From: an uncultured virus (IMG/VR IMGVR_UViG_3300037132_000149)
Lineage: Duplodnaviria > Heunggongvirae > Uroviricota > Caudoviricetes
Virus record (IMG/VR): IMGVR_UViG_3300037132_000149
Location: 1 to 64,000 of that record
Direction: 5' to 3' (one strand)
Length of the DNA stretch: 64,000 bases
Within the stretch, counting starts at the first letter, position 1. Every line of letters starts with the position of its first letter. A program made the translations under genes and the position numbers. The notes under the pieces are model-generated. The model saw only the letters and a program-made list of their open reading frames with translations. It was not told the DNA's origin and did not search any database. This document shows positions 1 through 8,305 of this stretch, in pieces.

Positions 1-131
1 AGGTTGCGATGATCCCGGCCGATGCGCACCAGCTCGACAATCGCCGAGTGGGTCTGGACCGGGTAGGCCATCAACTGATCGTTGAACTTCCTGGCAATTC
101 CGTACATTTCACTGGGTTGCAGATCTTGCAT
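1..131 (-). CDS. Hypothetical protein, runs off the window edge
   Basis: ATG at 131 preceded by AAGGAG; reads MQDLQPSEMYGIARKFNDQ... open to base 1. Confidence 0.55.
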   Translation of the reverse strand, partial: MQDLQPSEMYGIARKFNDQLMAYPVQTHSAIVELVRIGRDHRN

Positions 132-549
132 GCCCTGCTCCTTTTTGCTTCCGCGCCCGTTCGAGCTCCGTGCAATCCGGCCCGCACGGGATGCGGTGCC
201 CTTCGTATTGCCGGTCAAGATCGAACCGGCTCTCTGCCTCAGCGTCGAGCAGCGCCCGGCCGCAAAGGTTGCAGCGCCGGTACTTCGCCACGGTCAACTG
301 CGGCGTTCCGCCGGCTTCCTGGTCCATCCGGCACAGCAGGTTCGCCGCGATGCGGCCCAGCCAGACCTTGTCTCGGTTCGACTCGAGGCCCGGTATCGCC
401 TTGGCCAGCGCCCAACCGGGTACGTCGATCGCCTCCGGTTCTACCAGCGCAATTTCTTTGAGGCGCGGCGTCTTCCAGCCAAACTGCCGGCGGATCCGCT
501 CGTCACGCCAGCGGTCGTCGCGTGTTCTTTGCCAAACTGGGGTTGCCAT
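109..549 (-). CDS. Hypothetical protein with CxxC/CxxxC Zn-binding motifs
   Basis: ORF MATPVWQR...; CNLC and CGPDC motifs; overlaps the next gene. Confidence 0.6.
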   Translation of the reverse strand: MATPVWQRTRDDRWRDERIRRQFGWKTPRLKEIALVEPEAIDVPGWALAKAIPGLESNRDKVWLGRIAANLLCRMDQEAGGTPQLTVAKYRRCNLCGRALLDAEAESRFDLDRQYEGHRIPCGPDCTELERARKQKGAGHARSATQ

Positions 550-654
550 TCGAGGGGTCAATCTCATTCGAGGAAATCTGTGTGCCGTCCTCGCCGAAGC
601 CGATACCGCCGCTTAGCAGACGATCAAACCGTATCATCAGCTCAGTGTCGCGCT

Positions 655-1029
655 TCACGGCACCAACTGCATTGTCGCCGCCGGCCCCTTGCCGTCCGCG
701 TCCCGGCTCATCGTCTTTCGCCAGGTGCGCGCTCGCAGCAACTTGATCACCGGGATCCACACGGCCTCGGTTACTTCCTGGCCCTTGCGAATCACTACTC
801 TCTCGCCGTGAACCCATGCCGCCCTCTCCTGACTGACCAGCTTGTCGGCATGCGCCAGATCCAGGTGGCCGTGCCGGCGACTGCGGCACGCGCCACCCTC
901 TGGGGGAGAAACCCACTCTTCGCGACCAGCCAGCACGCAGATCGGTATGCTCGACTTGAGTCCCGCCGGCCGCCTCGCGCTCACTATTCTGTCCCGCCCA
1001 CAGTCTCGCCTCACCAATAGCTGCGCCAT
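655..1029 (-). CDS. Hypothetical protein (start uncertain)
   Basis: Its 3' part is duplicated at 2573-2769 with mostly synonymous changes in this frame, which supports coding. Confidence 0.5.
   Translation of the reverse strand: MAQLLVRRDCGRDRIVSARRPAGLKSSIPICVLAGREEWVSPPEGGACRSRRHGHLDLAHADKLVSQERAAWVHGERVVIRKGQEVTEAVWIPVIKLLRARTWRKTMSRDADGKGPAATMQLVP
686..882. repeat. 197-bp direct repeat, copy 1 (copy 2 at 2573-2769)
   Basis: Manual alignment: 11 mismatches, no indels. Confidence 0.95.
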
Positions 1030-1194
1030 GCCTGGATAGTTTGCGCGGGAACTTTGGCCCCCGGCGGCGCGCCCAGCAGGCGGGGCTATCCGGCCCGGCC
1101 TGCGCATTTCTGCCCAACTTATCAACTTATTTGACTGGGAGCAGCAAATTCAGATCGCACGGCTTCGGAAACCCCAAACCCCGCACTCGGTGCA

Positions 1195-1249
1195 ACCTTA
1201 ACTCCGCCGGGCCGCATCGTCAATAGCAAACTGTGGAAGTTGTGCAAAA
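1195..1249 (-). promoter_or_regulatory. Sigma70-like promoter with tandem DnaA-box-like sites upstream
   Basis: Minus strand reads TTTTGCACA-ACTTCCACA-GTTTGCTA-TTGACG-N17-TAAGGT. Confidence 0.55.
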
Positions 1250-1515
1250 ACGTCACTTACCCCGCTCGCGATGACCACGTCCGCCAGCATGGCTGGGCGC
1301 TCGGGCTTAAACAACCAACCCAGCCGATCACCACCCCACTCGACCGAGATCCGGCCGCGCAACTCAGCGCCAGACCCGAAAGGCAGGCACCTAAACGTCC
1401 TGTTCGGAGGAACCCACACCACATACCAGGCCCCGGGCTGGAGTAGCCGGCACCGGGCAATAAGCTCGCGCAGAGCTGCGTGCACCTCTCTTAGATCTCG
1501 ACCTAGTCTGTTCAC
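1198..1515 (-). CDS. Hypothetical protein
   Basis: GTG start overlaps the TGA of the ASCH remnant (GTGA coupling). Confidence 0.45.
   Translation of the reverse strand: MNRLGRDLREVHAALRELIARCRLLQPGAWYVVWVPPNRTFRCLPFGSGAELRGRISVEWGGDRLGWLFKPERPAMLADVVIASGVSDVFAQLPQFAIDDAARRS
1218..1261. repeat. 44-bp perfect direct repeat, copy 1 (copy 2 at 2801-2844)
   Basis: CGTCAATAGCAAACTGTGGAAGTTGTGCAAAAACGTCACTTACC occurs at both sites. Confidence 0.95.
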
Positions 1516-1604
1516 GCCGCATCTCCAATCAACCCCGGCGGCACGTTGAAGAAGCCTAGCTGACCTTTGAGCGGCACGGCTGCTGCCAGCGCCACTGGGT
1601 TCCG
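1512..1604 (-). pseudogene. 3' remnant of a second ASCH gene
   Basis: Encodes RNPVALAAAVPLKGQLGFFNVPPGLIGDAA*, 28/30 aa identical to the C-terminus of 2949-3395, with many synonymous differences. Confidence 0.85.
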
Positions 1605-1606
1605 CC

Positions 1607-1827
1607 GGGTGAGCGATTACCCTACCACCGCGCTCCCTGAGTCCCACAACGGCAGTCTTGCCCACAGAACCGCGTCCAGCATGGAGTTTCTTGGACTCGT
1701 GTTTGTTGGCTTCCTTACCACCTACAAAGCACTCATCCACTTCGATGATTCCAGCCAACTTGTCGCCTTTATCGCTTCCGCGATTCGAGCAAGCCTCGCG
1801 CAAACGTCCAAGCATGAACCATGCCGT
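1607..1827 (-). pseudogene. IS1595-family (ISXO2-like) transposase, central fragment
   Basis: TAWFMLGRLREAC...GIIEVDECFVGGKEANKH...GKTAVVGLRERGG, including the first catalytic Asp motif; truncated. Confidence 0.85.
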
Positions 1828-1916
1828 CAATGTAAAGCGGGTCGGGATATACCGCAGAACGAGCGGCGTCCCGGCAGAGGTGGCTACAGGCATTGCGAGG
1901 ATTGCGACAAGTAGCA

Positions 1917-2360
1917 CTATTTGCTTTCTTGTGCTCTTTTTTGTGCATCGCATCCTGCCGTTGTATCTCGGTCGGCCCATTGGAGAGAATCCTTTGGAGG
2001 CCAAAAGGTCATCTCCCACCAAGGCCCGTGGATCATGTTGTTTTCAAAACCCCACGTTAGCCGAAGCCTACGAACTGGGAGACCATTTTCTAACGCGACC
2101 GAGATTGCTCTCATCCCCTCTGACGCCGCCCCCTCAAAACGGACTGTCGGCTCAGGAAAACTGTGCCCACGTCCACCTTCGCATGATTCAAAAGTTTCCA
2201 CGCCATTAGATACCAATGCAATAACGATTTCTCGGATACCTTCGTCCAACGGCGGCTCGAAATAGTGGTCTCTGGCACGTTGCACACATTCAGGATCGGG
2301 TCTAAACGGCGTTCTGCTGGGGCAATGGTCACAGCGCGGTTTGGTTTGAGCGTCAATCAT
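1917..2360 (-). CDS. Hypothetical passenger gene inside the IS1595 remnant
   Basis: 147-aa ORF in more AT-rich DNA; LDEGI..IV..L...GVETFESCEG motif typical of phage/IS hypotheticals. Confidence 0.65.
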   Translation of the reverse strand: MIDAQTKPRCDHCPSRTPFRPDPECVQRARDHYFEPPLDEGIREIVIALVSNGVETFESCEGGRGHSFPEPTVRFEGAASEGMRAISVALENGLPVRRLRLTWGFENNMIHGPWWEMTFWPPKDSLQWADRDTTAGCDAQKRAQESK

Positions 2361-2394
2361 TTAGAGCCAGCCTTTGCGTAAAGTACATACTTCC

Positions 2395-2580
2395 GGTCTT
2401 TTGCGTGACGCCAATCTCCTTGGCAAGCTGCATGGAACTGATGCCCTTTCGCGCCGTGACCACGAGGTACATGGCGTAAATCCACTTATGCAGCGGTACA
2501 TGCGACCGTTCGAAGATAGTTGCGGTCCTCACAGTGAAATCAAGTTTGCACTGATTGCAGCGGTAGTAACCGCCCTTGCC
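2395..2580 (-). pseudogene. IS1595-family transposase, N-terminal Zn-ribbon/HTH fragment
   Basis: YRCNQCKLDFTVRTATIFERSHVPLHKW...KGISSMQLAKEIGVTQKT; fused in frame to the duplicated phage gene. Confidence 0.85.
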
Positions 2581-2847
2581 GTCCGCGTCCCGGCTCATTG
2601 TCTTGCGCCAGGTGCGCGCTAGCAGCAACTTGATCACCGGGATCCACACGGCCTCGGTTACTTCCTTGCCCTTGCGAATCACTACTCTCTCGCCGTGAAC
2701 CCATTCCGCACGCTCCTGACTCACTAACTTGTCGGCATGTGCCAGATCCAGGTGGCCGTGCCGGCGACTCTTGCAAGCCTCGCCGCTCGGCGGCTCGGCG
2801 CGTCAATAGCAAACTGTGGAAGTTGTGCAAAAACGTCACTTACCGTC

Positions 2848-2952
2848 TACTCGCACATGCCAACCCGTGACGGGCATACGGGCTTTTGTCGTCGTCGATC
2901 AGGTCGCCGTGGAGTCCTTTCCGCCAGACAGGCCGCAGTATTCGACGGTCAC
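2848..2952 (-). pseudogene. Collapsed PAPS-reductase-family gene relic
   Basis: GTG-coupled VTVEYCGLSGGKDSTAT* (PP-loop SGGKDS), followed in another frame by CPSRVGMCE*. Confidence 0.6.
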
Positions 2953-3395
2953 GCTGCATCTCCGATCAGCCCCGGCGGCACGTTAAAGAAACCGAGTTGG
3001 CCTTTGTATGGCACGGGAGCGGCCAGCGCCACGGGGTTACGCAAAACCAGGCCCACTTCGCCCTGAAACCACGGACTCGCGGATCCCGTCACTCGCCCCA
3101 CAATCTCGACGGACCCAACGATACACCCGCAGAACGGCTCGAGAGCGCGCCAATCCTTCAACAGGCCAACCTCGCTCCGCTGCTGGATTGACTTCGCCTG
3201 CATGTCCTCGGCCGCACAAAAGTCGTCGAAGATCTCCGCCGGCTTCCAAAACTTGCCTACGTGGATCCACACCGGCCCGATGTACTGCTCCACCGCCGCC
3301 GGCGAGCGCCGGTCGCGGTTCTCGATGTCCTTGCCGCCGTACAGAATGAACCACCACCACGGCGCCCGGATGCTCAGAGCCTTCATCGCTTTCAT
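2949..3395 (-). CDS. ASCH domain protein
   Basis: KALSIRAPW...GGKDIENR (GxKxxExR) and C-terminal KGQLGFF. Confidence 0.9.
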   Translation of the reverse strand: MKAMKALSIRAPWWWFILYGGKDIENRDRRSPAAVEQYIGPVWIHVGKFWKPAEIFDDFCAAEDMQAKSIQQRSEVGLLKDWRALEPFCGCIVGSVEIVGRVTGSASPWFQGEVGLVLRNPVALAAPVPYKGQLGFFNVPPGLIGDAA

Positions 3396-3637
3396 CTAAA
3401 CCTCCCCAGCAAAACTTCGAGTTCGGCGGCGATGATTTTGCGCGCGTGTGGGCTCTGTTTCGCGATGGCCTCGTCTGGGATATTCCGCATCGTGGTCAGA
3501 AAGTTATTGCAAGCCATTCTCACTAACTCCTCTGGGCTGCGGTCCTCGGCACCCTCGAGGATTGCGGTGGCAGCATCTAAGCCGCTGATCTCAACCGACA
3601 CCTCCTGGCTCGTCTCGACCCACACTTTAGCTTTCAT
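3392..3637 (-). CDS. Hypothetical protein
   Basis: 81-aa ORF overlapping both neighbours by 4 bp. Confidence 0.65.
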   Translation of the reverse strand: MKAKVWVETSQEVSVEISGLDAATAILEGAEDRSPEELVRMACNNFLTTMRNIPDEAIAKQSPHARKIIAAELEVLLGRFR

Positions 3638-3921
3638 CGCCTCAACCCCTGGTTGCGGTACGCTGCCGCGTCAATCATCAGCTCGGCGCAGGCGCGGCTC
3701 AAGGTGTTCCGGTGCATGTGGAGATCCGCGGCAGCCTTGCACTGGTTGCCGCGGTGTTCGCGCAGGACCTGCGAGATGAACGACCGGCGAAAAGCTGCAA
3801 CCGCAAGCTCTAAGTCGAGGCCGAGGTTGCGCGCTTCCTGGCACGCTGCATCGATCGCGGCGTGGACCTGGCCCAGCGGTGTGACGGCATCCTGTGCGCC
3901 GGTGTCAATTGATATTGTCAT
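3634..3921 (-). CDS. Fis-family HTH_8 DNA-binding protein
   Basis: FISQVLREHRGNQCKAAADLHMHRNTLSR matches the Fis HTH (GNQxxAA..LG.xRNTL). Confidence 0.8.
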   Translation of the reverse strand: MTISIDTGAQDAVTPLGQVHAAIDAACQEARNLGLDLELAVAAFRRSFISQVLREHRGNQCKAAADLHMHRNTLSRACAELMIDAAAYRNQGLRR

Positions 3922-3974
3922 GTCTCTCTGCTCCGCCGGGTTCTGCCTCGTGCCCGTGTTTGAGGCGTAGCCTA

Positions 3975-4649
3975 TCACCGGCCGGGCTCCGCCAGCGACC
4001 GCCGAAACAGTTCCTTGTCAATCTCGGCCGCAATCAGCGCGCCGGCCTTGACGAGGTTGCGAAGCGCGTCGGCCGTCGGTTTCCACATGCCTTTGGCCAA
4101 TGGCCACTCCATCGCGATATTCGGCAGCCCTTTTACCTCGCCGTTAAACTGCAGCACGGCAACGCGCAGATAGGCGAGTGCGGCAGCGGAGAGCTGGCCT
4201 GACCGCCGTGCCTCGTCCGCCCTCATCGTAAAGCCCTCAGCCGTGCACTGCCGAGCGCGCTCGATCGCGATCAAGGCCGACCCTTTGCTGCCGAGCACAG
4301 CCGCATCTCCGTCCTCAGTGAACCGCGTGAGTCGTATCTCGCGCGCGCCGCTGTACGGCACAGACCTCGCGGACCACGGGACATCGCGGGCTTCGCGGCG
4401 ATCTGCGATCGGGTTGTCGGGGCCTGGCGGCCCGGTAGCGTTGCGCTGTCCTACGTCCTCAACTCCTGCGACCGGCCGCCCGCTGGTCAGCAATTCCTTA
4501 AGGTGTTGTTCCGCCGCCTGTTCGCAGGCCCGGCGGCCGAGGCCGCTTTGGTCGAGCAGCGTGAAGGCGCGAACCCATGCGCCGCAAATGCAAAAAACCA
4601 CTGCCAACCCGGTCGCGCGGTCGTCGACAGCCCTGATCTCGTGTTTCAT
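3975..4649 (-). CDS. Conserved phage hypothetical protein
   Basis: C-terminal ERARQ..EG...WP....WKP....RNLVKAGALIAAEID module common in phages; ATGA-coupled to the integrase. Confidence 0.7.
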   Translation of the reverse strand: MKHEIRAVDDRATGLAVVFCICGAWVRAFTLLDQSGLGRRACEQAAEQHLKELLTSGRPVAGVEDVGQRNATGPPGPDNPIADRREARDVPWSARSVPYSGAREIRLTRFTEDGDAAVLGSKGSALIAIERARQCTAEGFTMRADEARRSGQLSAAALAYLRVAVLQFNGEVKGLPNIAMEWPLAKGMWKPTADALRNLVKAGALIAAEIDKELFRRSLAEPGR

Positions 4650-5818
4650 TTCAAACCCTCCAGGTAGTCCGCCCACGCGGCTAGCATTTGTTTGCGCTCG
4701 GCGCCGAACAGCGCCCGGTTGTAGGTGCCTCTCACGCCGAGCGGCGTGTGATTCATGGCCTTCTCGATCCAGTCGGCATTGTAGCCGCGCTCGTTCAAGT
4801 GCGTCGAGCCGGTGCGGCGCAGATCGTGGGGACAAAAATGCGGCATGCCCCAGTCGACGCGCGAGATGGCTTTATTGAGCGCTGCCGCAGGCAGCGGCTG
4901 CGTCGTCGAATTATACTGCGGCAGCACGAACGGCGACTCGCCGGCCAGCGTTTTAAGGTGCTGAAACAGGCCGGCGGCGCGCGAGCTTAGATAAAAAATG
5001 TGCTCGGTCCCCATCTTCGAGAGCTCGGCCGGCAGCTCCCAGGTGGCCTTATCAAAGTGGACGTGCTCCCAGCGCGCCAGGCGCAGTTCGCTCTTGCGGC
5101 AGAGGGTCAGGAGCATAATCTCGAGCGCCACCGCCAGGCGCGCGGGCCTCAGTGCCGGCAGTTTTTTGAAGAACAGTTTCAGCTCCTCTTCGCTGAGGTA
5201 GCGGATCCGCGAGCGGTGCTGCGTGACGTAGCGCAGCGGCGTCATGTCGACCGGGTTACGGGGTAGAACGCCGCAGGATTTCGCGTAGTCGAAAAGCCGC
5301 TTGAGCAGGTGGCGGAGGGCCGCGGCCGCCTCCGGCTTGCCGTCGTCGCGGCGCTTGAAAATCATCTTCTGGATGTCCCAGGGGTCGACCACGCACATCG
5401 GCTGGCGGCCGAGTTTTGGGTAAACGTCGCGTTCCAGATAGCGACTGACCGCGCGCGGATCCTTGCGCACCTTCTCGACGACCTCCTTCACAAACCGGCG
5501 GCCGAACTCGCGGACCGTCACGCGCTGGTTCCTCAGGAGCTTCTCCTTGCGGATCGTGTCCGACGGCCGCTCGCCGCGAATCACGATTTCCTCGAACGAA
5601 GAGCGGCGTTTCCGGGCAGCCTCGAGCTTCACCCAGGGCCATCTGGCAAAGGTCACGGCCTCGTCGCGGCCGTCGATCGAATAGCGGTAAACCCACATTC
5701 GCCGGCCTGTCGGATGGCACCGGAGCCAGAGGCCGCCGCCGTCGGCAAGCCAGTAAGGCCTGTCTTTATTGGCTAATTCGTGCAGCTTGGTCTCTGTCAA
5801 ATTGCCAGCCGGTGACAC
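4646..5818 (-). CDS. int: Tyrosine integrase with N-terminal arm-binding domain (P4-like)
   Basis: DGGGLWL N-terminus; catalytic R (CRKSE), HDLRR, NH and Y (TYNR). Confidence 0.95.
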   Translation of the reverse strand: MSPAGNLTETKLHELANKDRPYWLADGGGLWLRCHPTGRRMWVYRYSIDGRDEAVTFARWPWVKLEAARKRRSSFEEIVIRGERPSDTIRKEKLLRNQRVTVREFGRRFVKEVVEKVRKDPRAVSRYLERDVYPKLGRQPMCVVDPWDIQKMIFKRRDDGKPEAAAALRHLLKRLFDYAKSCGVLPRNPVDMTPLRYVTQHRSRIRYLSEEELKLFFKKLPALRPARLAVALEIMLLTLCRKSELRLARWEHVHFDKATWELPAELSKMGTEHIFYLSSRAAGLFQHLKTLAGESPFVLPQYNSTTQPLPAAALNKAISRVDWGMPHFCPHDLRRTGSTHLNERGYNADWIEKAMNHTPLGVRGTYNRALFGAERKQMLAAWADYLEGLK

Positions 5819-5908
5819 ATTCCGCTCCTGTTTGAGTCCATCGAAGCATAGACCAAGTGGTTTCAGAAGTCAAACAAGCCCAGGCATGGAAAATTCCGGC
5901 GTTTATTC

Positions 5909-5936
5909 TTGACAAACTCTAAGATTAGCGTATTGT
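5909..5936 (+). promoter_or_regulatory. Sigma70-like promoter
   Basis: TTGACA-N16-TATTGT upstream of RBS AAGGAGG and ATG 5959. Confidence 0.6.
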
Positions 5937-5958
5937 AAGAAACCAAGGAGGGAGCGCC

Positions 5959-6399
5959 ATGCCAACTCGAAGCGAGTATCAGCCAGTCCCGGTGACGGCA
6001 GCCCGTAACGTCGGCGAGATGTTCAGCAAGGACATCGTCATCATTACCGCGTGGGACGCAGAACACTTAATGCTCCACACAACGACATGGGGCCGCAGGC
6101 CTGACGACAAGGTTCGCGGCGCTGATGGGGGAGTTATTGTTTCAAAGGCGCTCGGCTCTGATCTTAGCGAAACGATCCACTTCGAGGACTTCCGGATAAC
6201 TGCGGCAAAAAGGCTGCTTTCTGTCCTCAAGGCCATGGCTTCAATGCACGGTGGTGTACACGACGCTGACTGCCCCGAAGACGACACATGCGCCTGCCGG
6301 TTTAAGCCCTTCAATGACCTCGTCAACAAGGCCATCACCGAAACCGAAGAATTGATCGGCGAGGTCGACGAGGCGGTGTGGGAGGGTCAAAAGCTATGA
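5959..6399 (+). CDS. Hypothetical protein
   Basis: Strong RBS, 146 aa, coupled to the next gene. Confidence 0.75.
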   Translation: MPTRSEYQPVPVTAARNVGEMFSKDIVIITAWDAEHLMLHTTTWGRRPDDKVRGADGGVIVSKALGSDLSETIHFEDFRITAAKRLLSVLKAMASMHGGVHDADCPEDDTCACRFKPFNDLVNKAITETEELIGEVDEAVWEGQKL

Positions 6400-6587
6400 G
6401 AAAAGGCGCTCGCTTTACCAGCCGCTGTCCCCGCTGCCAGGCCTCGGCCGGCGCGCCCTGCCGCGACAAGGATGGCAACCCGATGCCCGGCGTCCACTTC
6501 CAGCGCAAGACCGAACTGCGTCGTGCGATCGACGCGGCGTTCTATCTCTATGCGCCAGTTAAACGTGAAAGAGAGGCAACCGAATGA
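6396..6587 (+). CDS. Small phage Zn-finger protein
   Basis: CPRCQASAGAPC...HFQR. Confidence 0.7.
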   Translation: MRKGARFTSRCPRCQASAGAPCRDKDGNPMPGVHFQRKTELRRAIDAAFYLYAPVKREREATE

Positions 6588-6952
6588 CCCGAAAGAAGAA
6601 GCCCGATCCGGAGCGCGCCGTGGTGGCCAACGAACCCCTCGTTCTCACCCACGGTCCTGTCGTCCTCAACCGGCTCACTAGAGACGTGCGCGTCAATGAA
6701 CGGCCGCATCATCTTGCGCCCACCCAGTTCCGGCTGCTCGAGTTTCTGCTGCTTAACCAGGGCCTTTGCTGGAGCCGCAACGAGCTCGCCCAGCGCGTGT
6801 GGCAGTGTGAGCGGCGCGCCAACTCGATCGACGTGGCCATCTGCGAACTGCGCACGCAACTCGGCGGCGAGGGCGCCCGCATCATCGAGACGGTGCGCGG
6901 CAAGGGCTACCGGCTTCTCGACGAGTTTCCAAATTCAACCAAGAAGGGATGA
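6584..6952 (+). CDS. Stand-alone OmpR/PhoB-type winged-helix protein
   Basis: LAPTQFRLLEFL...SRNEL...VW...IDVAICELR..L....IETVRGKGY; no receiver domain. Confidence 0.9.
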   Translation: MTRKKKPDPERAVVANEPLVLTHGPVVLNRLTRDVRVNERPHHLAPTQFRLLEFLLLNQGLCWSRNELAQRVWQCERRANSIDVAICELRTQLGGEGARIIETVRGKGYRLLDEFPNSTKKG

Positions 6953-6955
6953 ATC

Positions 6956-7204
6956 ATGAAAACCTTGCTCCTGATCGGCGCGCTTGAGTGCGCCCTCTGG
7001 TTTACCGGCATCGCCCTGGGATTCGAGGCGGGGCAAAAGCATCCGGCGCACGTTTACTCGGTCTACGGCCGCGATGGGCTGTTGCTCGACACCTCCACGG
7101 GCCGGCTCTGCGTGCCCGCCGGATGGGTTGCCCCGGCCTATGGCGACGTGCCCGAAGGTTACACGGCCCTCGCGCCCGCCGGCGTGCTCCCATGCCCGCG
7201 GTAA
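6956..7204 (+). CDS. Small membrane/secreted hypothetical protein
   Basis: Hydrophobic N-terminus. Confidence 0.6.
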   Translation: MKTLLLIGALECALWFTGIALGFEAGQKHPAHVYSVYGRDGLLLDTSTGRLCVPAGWVAPAYGDVPEGYTALAPAGVLPCPR

Positions 7205-7452
7205 GCGGCAGGCTCGGCCGCCTGCTGGCCCGGCGCACGGCCCGGGTTCGCGTCTGCGCTGTCTGCGGCCGCAAAATCCCCGCCAATGAAACCATCGAAC
7301 TGCTCGATCCCCGGCCTTGCTCGAACTGCGGAAGCCGGCTGCGCCAGTGGGACCGCCAGCCGCCGGGCATCTTTGAGACGGCTCGCGCCTGCTGGGATCT
7401 GCTCTCCTGGTGGTGGTGGTGCCGGGTCGCGGCGCCCGGACCAAAGCCGTAG
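7192..7452 (+). CDS. Small Zn-ribbon protein
   Basis: CAVC and CSNC motifs. Confidence 0.55.
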   Translation: MPAVSGRLGRLLARRTARVRVCAVCGRKIPANETIELLDPRPCSNCGSRLRQWDRQPPGIFETARACWDLLSWWWWCRVAAPGPKP

Positions 7453-7470
7453 CTGGGCGAGTTTTTCATC

Positions 7471-7690
7471 TTTCCCACAGGCTTTTTGCACAGGAAAGTC
7501 ACAGCGGTGGAAAACTATAGGCGCGACCCCACACTCCGTGCCTGTTTTCCTTTTTCCCACATCGCAATCCACAGAATCATCCACAGGTTGGCAACCATGT
7601 ATGATGCTCGCGCGTCGCAACTTAGCCTTTCCGTCCACAGCTTCCACAGGCCCTACGGGTACTACGGGTTTGTTTTATCTCTTTACTCTC
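7471..7690 (+). promoter_or_regulatory. oriC-like element: DnaA-box cluster, GGCC, TAC trios, AT-rich tract
   Basis: About 8 DnaA-box-like 9-mers (perfect TTTTGCACA at 7484), ending CCGTCCACAGCTTCCACAGGCCCTACGGGTACTACGG then a T-rich run. Confidence 0.75.
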
Positions 7691-7764
7691 CCTAACAACC
7701 CCCGTCGCGGCTGCGGGGGCCGTGCCTCGCCAGGTTCCTGCATCTCGCAGGCCACACTTTGCGC

Positions 7765-7793
7765 TTGACATCCCAGCCGAACGCCGTTACTTT
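7765..7793 (+). promoter_or_regulatory. Sigma70-like promoter of the GroEL operon
   Basis: TTGACA-N17-TACTTT. Confidence 0.6.
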
Positions 7794-7957
7794 TCTCGTG
7801 ATCCACTTACAAGCTGCCGCGCGGCTCCTGCCGCCGAAAGCCCAATTGAAAGGCTGCTGCTCATGCACCTGCTGCTGCTCGTCCCACGTTCTGCGCGCTT
7901 TTGCCGCGGCCTCTCACTGTTCGACCCCCACCCCCAATCCAACGTAAGGAGCTCCCT

Positions 7958-8305
7958 ATGAGAAACGGAATTTTCACGTTCGCTGGCTGCCTCGTCCTCA
8001 CCGTCGCGCTCGTCGCCGCGCAGGCGCCACCAACGCCACCGCCAGCGGCGCCACCTGCGGCCCCGGCGGCAGCGCCGCAACCAGCCGAGCCTCCCGGCCC
8101 TGCCCCGCAGCTCACCAGCACAGAAGCCCTCGAGGTCGAGAACCTCACCCTCAAAATGCAACTGCTCAACGGCCAGTTTAACGAACTCCTCGCGCAGATT
8201 AACGGCGAGCATCCTGGCTGGCAGTTCCATCCTGAGCTCAACCGCTTCGTGTACGTCACCCCCCAGCCGGTTCCGGCGCCCGCGGCGAAGGAGCCCAGGA
8301 AGTAA
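7958..8305 (+). CDS. Secreted Pro/Ala-rich protein with a coiled coil
   Basis: RBS AAGGAG; signal peptide ending VAA-Q; TAATG overlap with groEL. Confidence 0.75.
   Translation: MRNGIFTFAGCLVLTVALVAAQAPPTPPPAAPPAAPAAAPQPAEPPGPAPQLTSTEALEVENLTLKMQLLNGQFNELLAQINGEHPGWQFHPELNRFVYVTPQPVPAPAAKEPRK

Noticed and set aside
1198..2022. 274-aa ORF as a single gene
   Set aside because: Chimeric read-through of an IS1595 fragment, an out-of-frame ASCH remnant and a separate downstream ORF
686..2769. 197-bp repeat pair as a DGR template/variable repeat
   Set aside because: The 11 mismatches are not adenine-specific on either strand and no reverse transcriptase is in the window
5819..5958. attP core or tRNA fragment beside the integrase
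   Set aside because: No tRNA-like T-arm sequence or convincing arm-site repeats visible by eye
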